A stretch of DNA of 63,559 nt, the filler included, from Reticulomyxa filosa (lineage: Eukaryota > Protista > Foraminifera), in NCBI GenBank assembly GCA_000512085.1. It is 20 parts of 20 records of this genome, joined end to end, with 100 filler letters (N's around TTAATTAATTAA, not from the genome) between each part and the next. Parts side by side here need not be neighbours in the genome. Positions count along the whole stretch, not along the records: positions 54,909 to 58,764 come from ASPP01002649.1; positions 58,865 to 63,559 come from ASPP01027818.1; 18 more parts are not named here. One strand, given 5' to 3'. Below, piece by piece: positions 54,909-63,559 of the stretch (its first letter is position 1; each line of letters opens with the position of its first letter). Made by a program: the position numbers and the translations under genes. The notes beneath the pieces are model-generated. The model was not told the origin of the DNA, made no database searches, and saw nothing but the letters and a program-made list of their open reading frames with translations.

Positions 54909-55183
54909 TGAATGCTGTTGAATATTCACCATTTGTAATAAAGAATGGTATTAGAAATTCGAATGTGATATGTTCTGGATCAGGTGATAATACAATCCGT
55001 TTTTGGGATATTCGATCAAATAAGGGTCAATTGTATATGATCAAAGGATATGAAAAAGAATATATTGGAATATTATGTTTTAAATTTATTACATTGAAAA
55101 AGAAAAAAGAGACAAAGAATGTTAAATATGATTTAAATTTGTGTTATGGTTCAGTTAAAGGTTTCATTTGTATTTGGGGATAA
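54909..55183 (+). CDS. WD40-repeat protein, C-terminal end
   Basis: VEYSPFVIKN...ICSGSGDNTIRFWDIRSNK...LCYGSVKGFICIWG*. Confidence 0.85.
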
Positions 55184-55911
55184 TTGACTTTTTTGTTTGA
55201 AAAGTTTGATTAAAAGAAAGTAAGTTGATATTAAACTTGTTTGATTGATTGAGCACATACTAAAAGATGTGTTTTATTTTACTTTGTTTTTTAAAAAAAT
55301 TGAAAAAACTGTTCATTTTTTTAAGAATTCAAAAGCACAATAAATGAAACTGCACTATGAAAAGAATTAGATTGTATTTTTGTGATTTTATAAAACTTTA
55401 TTGAAATCAATATTGAACCATTGCAGATGGAACATCAACAATGTAAGTATATTATTAAAAGATGAAGAATTTATGATTTTGATGAAATGATTTCTGAAAA
55501 TGTTAAGTTATTAACAATGTAATATTGAACTTAGTCTAAAGCATTTAGAAATGAAAATTTTATATAAATATTCCAATTACATAATAAAAGAATATATTTA
55601 AATCTGACAACAGAGTTGATAAATTTTTATTTTGGCATTGCATGAACACACTTTTTATAGCAAATGCTTATTCAAAATTGAGTTTGATATTATTAGAATA
55701 GATCAATGTTAGATATATGTTAAGCAAGACAATTTACAAAATTCATTTAACATAGCACATTCAATTTTTTTTAATTTAAATAAATATGTCATTTTATTGA
55801 ATGATTGGAAGTGTTTTCCTTTTTTTACATAAACACAAATGAGCTTAGTAAATCAGTTGGCTAATGAAGACAGTAATTTGTTTTGAGAATATATTGAAAA
55901 TTATCGAACTA

Positions 55912-56437
55912 CAGTAGAAAAGCTGATACCTAAAACGGCATCTTATAGAGATAATTGATTTTTCTTCATGAAAAACAAATTCAGACATAATTTTTAAAAA
56001 ATATTTATAAATCGTGTAGTTTTTAAATATCGTTTTGGTTTTTTATTACGTCTTTCCTAATTATTTTAACATTCGTCCTTAATTTTTTTTAGCTCAGTAT
56101 AGTTCCATATTTGTGTTTTTCAATTACTTTTATTTTTGAAAATGATTACGCATTGAGCACTTTCTGAAAATGCTTTAAAAAAAGTTGACAATCGTGACTG
56201 TATCGTAACCATGAATTCGCCAACTTTTTCTAAAAATCAATAAAATATTCAAATTTTTTAAACAATTATGAAATATATAATAAAAAACTAAATTCAAAAT
56301 GATATTTGAAAACTACACGATTAGTAGATATTTTTTTAAATAAAAAAATTATATGTGGATGTTGTTTTTTCATGAAGAAAATCAATTATCTCTACAAGCT
56401 GCCGTGTTAGTTGTCAACTTTACTTTGTATTCTACTG
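55912..56437. mobile_element. Non-autonomous DNA transposon (MITE) with ~130-nt imperfect TIRs and Tc1/mariner-pogo-type ends
   Basis: TA|CAGTAGAA ... TTCTACTG|TG; gataattgatttttcttcatgaaaaa and tcgtgtagtttt mirrored by tttttcatgaagaaaatcaattatc and aaaactacacga; second copy at 7354-7505. Confidence 0.75.
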
Positions 56438-56716
56438 TGTTACATGATTAGTGTGATATGAAGTTATTAAAGGTAATCTACGGTAAGGAAAATCTATTAA
56501 CTTTTCTCTTCAGTTTATCAAGAAATTATTTTTTGATTTCCCACTCAGAGACACATTTCATTCACAATAGCATACAAATGGCCAAAGATTGTTGTGCCTC
56601 TTCCCAACCCGAACAATTTCCAAAAACAAAAATAACAAAAATAAAAAGAATAAAAATACGAATTAAAAATAAGAAATTCAAAATGACGCAAATTGAATGA
56701 TTGTAATGAAATTTTT

Positions 56717-57410
56717 TTAGTGATGAGACAATTCATACCATTGGCCCTCGCCAATTTTTATATTGGATTTGCCCCTCGAGACAAAGCCTACATTCTGATA
56801 AAAAGGGATAAAGTTACCCCTGCTTAAAAGTCGAATGGAATGGATTTCTTTCTTTTCGAGCCGTGGAGCTAACATTTCCAAGTATTGTTTCAAAAGATAC
56901 GTGGCAAAGTCGTGTGTATGATAACGTTTGTCAATTGCCAAGAGCCGTACGTGCAAGAACGTTCCAGAATCGACATGGACATCCAAGTTGTCTTTTGTCA
57001 ATGCCTCTATTGTTTCGATCAACACACACACACACACACACACACATAATGTCAATTCCATTGCAAGTGACTTCGTGGTGGGTAAGAAGCTCCATCTTTA
57101 GACTAATAATAATAATAATAATAAACATATATACATACATATATGTATATGTATATATAATAAAACCTGAGTTTGTAAGTATGCCACACACAAAGCCAAC
57201 AATTTCATCGCAAAGAGTTAAAACCATGAAATAATCGGCGGCAAAAAGGAGCAAGTAGGACAACTTTTCCAGAGACGCACTTTCACCGACAAGATAGTCT
57301 TGGTACTTGAGTTGGCGAATCCTGTCAAGATCCACTTTCCTAGCTTTGCGGACATTCAACGACCAAAGTTCTTCCGCGTCTCCATTTACAGTTACTTTTG
57401 TGCACTCTGC
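56717..57410 (-). CDS. GNAT acetyltransferase domain, AANAT/PAA1-like (probably the C-terminal domain of the AMP deaminase gene)
   Basis: ESASLEKLSYLL, IVGFVCG, S|EALTKDNLDVH (intron 57166-57007), LLAIDKRYHTHDFATYLL, IPFYQNVGF, QWYEL*. Confidence 0.8.
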
Positions 57411-58715
57411 TTTTTTATGTAGGCATTCATTGTCGGAAATTGGACCAAGCAATGGCTAGCCTCCTCCTTCTCTTCCTCCGTTTGCAGCAACTCACCAAAG
57501 CCAAACGGCGTCTTCACAAGTTTGCCACGACTCATTGCGCATGTGCCACCTGTATCAGGCTTTGTTGTGCAAGAATCAAATCAAAATCAAAAATGAGAGG
57601 AGAAACAAATCTTTCATCAGAGGAAGAAAGAAGAAAGAAAATACACACGTAACTGGTATTGGAACCATTGTTTCACACGACGGAATACTATCCTTAGACA
57701 TACGACGTGCCACTTCCTCAAAGAACGATAGCAGCTCCTCCACTAATTGAATCGCATTTCTTTTTCTTTGTTGGTCTTCCGTTTTTATTGTTTGAAATGG
57801 CTCAGTCCTATTGTCTTTGCATGTTTGAACGCTCGCGTTGTTATTGCTGTCCTTTAAGTTGGTCTCGTTCGAGCATGCTCTGTCACTGCCGTTTACATCG
57901 CTCTGTCGTGGAGATGGCTCCATTTCCTGAGAGTTATTTCGTCACAAAAAAAAAAAAATGTTACAAGTGACTTTGGCATTGCGCACAAAATACATGTTTG
58001 TTCAGGGCTCATTTTTATGCATTGTCGTGCATGTGTTCTTGTTTCCAAATCGAAACAAAACAAAAAAAAAGATATATACATATACACATATATATATATA
58101 TATATATATATATTACTTTCGTTTTGAGTGGAAGTTCCTCTCGACTTTTCTGCTCACGTGCAGTCGTCGTATGGTTCTCACTGTTTGCATTGGCTTTAAA
58201 AATGGGCGCTATTCTATCAATATCTTCTTTATAGTCATTATCATTGTCATTGTCGTTGTCGTTGTCATCTTGTATATCCAGCTCATCCAAGTCGCAATCC
58301 ATTGGATTGGAGCTCACGTTGTCCTCGGGCGAAATGGACGTGAGCCCTTGGACGTCTGTGTTCACAAAGTATTTGGGATACCCTCCCGTGCGAATGAACA
58401 GCTCTTCATCGCGCAACATCAAATCGCGGAAGTCGAGACGGGTGTCCGGGACACTTGTGAGATAAATATCGTTTCCAGCGCCTCCACGTAGTTTGTAGTT
58501 TTCACCTATCCACGATTTCTTTTTTTTAAAAAAAAAAGATATAGCCATATCTCAAAAGATAAGCAAATGCAAAAAAAATTGACAAAACTTTGGTTCGTTC
58601 GTCCCAATTGGATTGCAGCACAGAATTTCTGGCAATTTCGCACAAGTCAATGGAGGACAAGTTGAACACTTGGCCACAAATGGAATATTCTTCCAACAAT
58701 GCGTCTTTGGTGTAG
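57411..58715 (-). CDS. AMP deaminase C-terminal region plus a long extension (5' partial)
   Basis: [35 protein letters not shown]...WIGENY...[17 protein letters not shown]; in-frame introns 58588-58519, 58116-57927, 57653-57560. Confidence 0.88.
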
Positions 58716-58921
58716 CTGTTGTTATTTCCATAATCATGTGTGATATTGTTTTTCAAGAAAGAGANNNNNNNNNNNNNNNNNNNNNNNNNNNNNNNNNNNN
58801 NNNNNNNNTTAATTAATTAANNNNNNNNNNNNNNNNNNNNNNNNNNNNNNNNNNNNNNNNNNNNAAAAAAAGAGGCAAACATTGTTAAAAAAAAAATGGC
58901 ACGGACTGATTGGCTCAAAGT

Positions 58922-61597
58922 TTATTTTTTCAAATAGCATTTCTTGACAATGATGAAGCTAAAGCAAGCAAAAACGAGACCGCCAAAGACGACCAACAAA
59001 AGAACTTGCCACCAGCTGGCATGGTTGACAGCTTTGTAGTATCCGCCTTCATTAACATCTTTAACGGCATAATAAGTGTTTTGGGAATAATCAACACGGG
59101 CTTCACCACTATCACCCCAGGAAGAGGATTGTAAATCACTAGTATAATAAACAGTAGGTTGGTTTAATCCTTTAGCAGTGTAAGGAATCCATATTTCAAT
59201 ATAACCACCTTGAGTTAAGTCACTGCTACTGAAAGCACCACCATCAGGACCACTAATTTGAACAATAGAAGAATCAGATCCAGGTTTATACCAAGTGGTA
59301 ACACTAAATTGTAAAGATTGTCCAGTGGCAACAGATCCAGGAGGAACAACAACAATAGCGCTACCAGCACCATTACTAAATCTTCCTCCTTTTTCAGTAA
59401 CAGCAACAAGTAAAGTATCACTATCACTGACAATTAAAGTACCTTTTTGAGAACGATTACTGAAGTTATTGTTACGTGTACATAAGAAATTCCATTCACC
59501 ATTTTCAGTAACTTGAACTGGTTCAATACAAGTAGTAGTACCAGCACCATCAAATTCTTCCATACTACCAAAGTCCATTTGTTCGTATTTTTGATCAACA
59601 CGTCTAGTAGTACATAATCTAGATAAAGTATCAATATCTAATCCTCCCATAGCACTTTTTGTGACTTGTCTTCTTTGTGCATAAGGATACCATTTTGGTT
59701 CACTTGCAGCATATTCAGGTTCTACTAACCATGCAGGATAACTGTTACCTAAATCACCAACAGCAGGACCAGTGCTCAAATAATTTCTATTATTAATAGA
59801 ATTACTATTATCGCTATCTGCATTATAACCAGGACCACGATAATCACCTAATTTAGCATAATTACCATCAATATCGCTATATAATTTTTTACTATATTGT
59901 TGATCATTCAATGGACAAATATTAGATCTATCTGTACCAGCTAATCCTTGTCCATCATTATTATTTGGTTCAGTATTAGAACCAGTCCAACAAAAATGTA
60001 CATAATCACCACGTGTAATTTGTGCAGGTTCTGGTTGGAAAGTATATTCAGTTGCAGGATATACTTGTACAATATTACCACGTTTTCCTTGTACAGTTAA
60101 TAAAGATATTTTTGCTGATGCTGGTATTCCTGATGGTCTAGGATGTATAGAAAAGCAATGTGTACGATCTTGGAAAGTTCTTCCAAATTGATTAGTATTA
60201 ATAGCTAATTGTAATTGTATTCTAGATGATCCACCAGTATAATTATAAGGACCTAAACCAAAAGGATCTACTCGAGGATTATTTATAAATATATAACCTC
60301 TGGCATTTTTTTGTCTTTGTCCATCTCTATTTCTATCATTAAATGCAGCAATAATATCATTTTTACTTAATCCAAAATTTTCCCATATACGAATTTGTGC
60401 AGGATCAGTATCAGGATTAGGATTTTTCTTTTCAGAATTATTTCTCCAATCAACACCTGCATTAATACTATAATCATCACTCCATGCAGGATAATCATTA
60501 GTTGTAATATTATATGTTGTTCTTAATACACAACATGTACTATAATCTGCTGCTGTATAAAAATTATCACTACTTAAATCTGGTACTGTCCACATATAAG
60601 TCCAATAATTTCTTGTTCCTGGTACACCATGATGATTATCACGTGTTACAATTGTTTCTGTGCATCCTGGTGCACTTATTCCGTGTGCTGCTACTTCTTG
60701 TGGTTGATATATTTTATATGTTTGATTATCTTTTGGATCAACAAATGTTGGTGAATTAATACATTTTGTCATATTTAATGGTAACATTCCAAGTGAATTA
60801 CCTTTAACATAACCTTTTAATACATCTGTCCAATATTGTGATGTAAATGCACATTGCCAACGTGATTTTACATTTTGTGATTCTGTTTGATAGGCATCAC
60901 ATCTTTCTGCATTATTTGTAAATATATGAATATCACGCCATGGACTAGCACGCCACCAAGGATAATAATCTCTTTCTTCTGGACATTCATAACCATGACG
61001 ATTTCCTGTTGGATTCTGTCTTGTATATATTGATGCATAACCATTTAAATTTTGATTTGCTGTAAATAATCCTTTATTTCTTTCACTTGCTTTACAATAT
61101 TGATAATATGAAAATGATTCATGTCTTCCATATTCTGTATCTGTATCACAATCATAATTATAACATTGACGAGGATCATCTGGAATTGTATTTGTTGTTG
61201 TGCCATCTCTTGCTAATGCATCACACATATATTGAAATTTTATTTCTGTTCCTCGTAATCCATAACGACCAGAAGAATGTTGGTTTGTCCTATCAAAAAA
61301 AAAAATTTTTTTTTTGCGTTTTTACGTTCATTTTTGTATACGTTTTTTTTTTTTTATATACGTTTTTACTCACCAACACACTGGTACTTGTTCATTGAAA
61401 TAATATGACATCTTTCCTACGTTGTATCCACCTCTGTCATTGTTTTGTGAATCGAACAATCGATTACCATTGTTTCTATCTCTGTTTGGTTCATCCAAAC
61501 GGTCGTTGCTTCCTGGAATACATTGCAAGTACATGTCTCCGTTTGTTAGTTTTCCAAACAGAGACAGTAGTGTTGCTGCTAACAACGTGCTCTTCAT
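58922..61597 (-). CDS. DD3-3-like type I membrane protein, apparently complete (signal peptide, Cys/Asn-rich ectodomain, C-terminal TM)
   Basis: MYLQ..PGSNDRL, RLFDSQNN.RGGYNVG, WTNQH, GYECPEERDYYPWW, LAINTNQFGRTFQDRTH, GKRGNIVQVYPA, CTRNNNFSNRSQKG; single intron 61373-61290. Confidence 0.88.
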
Positions 61598-63361
61598 TTT
61601 TCTTTTCAAATTGTACAAAACAAGATAACAACAAAGAAAAAGAAAAAAAAGCGAAACAAAGAAAGTCTTTTTTATAAAAAAAAAAAGGACTACTTTTTCT
61701 ACTCTTTTACTTTTTTGTTCGTTATCTTATCACTTCTTTTTTTGGAAAAGTGAAAAAAATCAATAGTTAATTTGCAATTTTTAAGTACATTCTTGCTGAT
61801 AATCTTCAAAAATAAGCTTTACGTGTAACGAACATATGCTAATCATTTTAAACATTAATTTCAATTGTTTCTCATCTTAGCATTGACGTCAATGTATGAA
61901 TGTAACTTGCGTTCAGATTTGTTGTCCATTTTGTGCATAAAAAGACATGGCAAACGCAACTAATGATGGAAAGTATTTTATGGTCTTGTAAGTATTAGTC
62001 AATTTAAATTTGTTTTGTTTTTTTCGATCATAGGCTTGAAAAACCTGGAAAAGTCATTGCCAGAAGAAATGCAAGAATTTTCTATAATGGAACACAGTGA
62101 TATTCCAAATTTTACTAATACATTGTTAATACAATCTATTCAATTTTGTTTCGGCAGGTTTTTCAAGAAAATATTTTTACACTTTAAATATGCAAGTCTT
62201 AAGGACACTGAAGACAAACAAGATGTGCTATTTCAAAACTTCAATTTTGTTCTTAGTAGCAATAACAACAGAATTAAATTTATCAATCATTTTTACACAA
62301 CGTTTCGTTCGTTATATAAAAATTCTCACAACAGTTAAAGATCCTTAAAAAATTGAAAGAGTGGAATAATATAAAAGTAAATAAAAATAATAACAGCAAA
62401 TGGGGCCGAATTTCATCAGCTGCTATGTTTATTGTGTCCCGATTTTCCAATCTCTATTATTCAATTTGGTCTTTCGATGTTGGGGATTCCAAATGATTAT
62501 TGTATGAAACAAAAGTACCTTTTCTTTATTATTCAACTTTTTTGATCTAATTGGAAAAAAATATTCAATAGACAAAACGAAAATTTCTTTAAAAGATATT
62601 TCCATAGCGGTATTCAATGGGCTGCTTTATGGAAGTTATAAAAGTATTGTGCACAATAACCAAAATAGCTACAAAAAGCAATAATCATAACTTAGATCTT
62701 ATTCATCAATTACAAATTTTGTTCAATGGCTACACAGTCACAGAAATAGAAAAAGGAATTGTGACAAAATACTTAGCAGCGAGTAAAGACAGGTATGATA
62801 CTTTTTATTTTAAAAAATACAAATAAGAAATTGATAAGTTTAGTTTTCTTTAAAACTGAATAGCAACGATATCAGTCAGCACTTGGCAGAAAAACTTGAA
62901 AGTGATCCAAGAACTACTGTGTCTCTACAAATGTTGTGCGAATTTATTGCCCAAAAGCCGATTAAAGGTGTCAAATAACTTAAATACAGCTTTCAAAAAC
63001 AAAAAAATTTTACAACTTTTTTGAGCAAATTTTTTCTGAGTCTTTTGTTACTAATATCTTCTTCATTGTTTGAGAATGAGCTAGTATATGAAGTTTGATA
63101 TTTGATTTTTTTTAAACCCATTCAGATTATACAAAAACTTTCTTCAGAACAAGAAATATACAATAATTTAATTCTTTTTCAACTTTAATTTTTATGCGAT
63201 GTGTATTAAATTATAACGTAGTTCTATTTCCTGCTTTTTTTGGCTGCTTCTTTTGTTGAAATTTGGGTGAAGCAAAAGTTACAGTCGTTTCTACGCTTAT
63301 AGCTACCCTTTTTTAAAAAAGACGTTTTTTGGTGAAGTTCAGAAGGAGACAACAAATACAA

Positions 63362-63559
63362 ATGGCACAAGCAGAAAATTCAGCGAAAAAGTATAAATGC
63401 ATTGCTGTTATGCCAAGATGGGCTGGAACCACTCAAAATGATTGGTATCAAAGTGCTTTCAAGAAAATTGTGAGTGATCATAAAGACGTGAAAATTGTCG
63501 AGTTCACGTTGCAGCCGAACAAGAACGAGCCGAAGATAGAAGAATGCGTGGAACATATC
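63362..63559 (+). CDS. RBBP9/YdeN-like alpha/beta hydrolase, N-terminus (cut by window end)
   Basis: CIAVMPRWAGTTQNDWYQ...LQPNKNEPKIEEC resembles the family start IVPGxxG....WY...P....P. Confidence 0.55.
   Translation, partial: MAQAENSAKKYKCIAVMPRWAGTTQNDWYQSAFKKIVSDHKDVKIVEFTLQPNKNEPKIEECVEHI

Noticed and set aside
2052-58820. TTAATTAATTAA recurring 19 times as a CRISPR-like or regulatory repeat
   Set aside because: Always centred in 44+44 N; an assembly linker, not biological
61900-63000. Short ORFs in a coding-like tract (also 23500-24300)
   Set aside because: No recognisable motif; no product or element call can be supported

Overview
This window is not one locus. It is 20 short contigs joined by 19 identical 100-nt artificial spacers (44 N + TTAATTAATTAA + 44 N), so neighbourhood across spacers carries no meaning. 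Nineteen contigs are AT-rich, intron-containing eukaryotic DNA. The divergent alpha2-type tubulin, the Asn-rich WD40, Kelch and caspase-like families and the many decaying gene copies point to a foraminiferan, most likely Reticulomyxa filosa (inferred from family recognition, not a search). One contig (17795-18796) is GC-rich bacterial DNA carrying ccsB. Recognisable genes: axonemal dynein heavy chain (DNAH1-like N-terminus), 7TM-RGS, PI3K-family kinase, Mn-type CDF transporter, aldo-keto reductase, ankyrin, TBC Rab-GAP, PRA1, DD3-3-like and RBBP9/YdeN-like proteins. The best candidates for new biology come from manual splicing. (1) A CUE-like x2 / PUB / R-S-E-type ADP-ribosyltransferase gene (13995-16820), possibly a ubiquitin/p97-directed ART. 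(2) An apparent AMP deaminase - linker - AANAT/PAA1-like GNAT fusion (56717-58715, minus). Also found: an unidentified ~1.05-kb tandem and inverted repeat pseudogene family at two loci, a Tc1/mariner-pogo-type MITE in two copies, and introns with GTT donors and A-rich acceptors. All calls rest on motif recognition by eye; no database searches were run.
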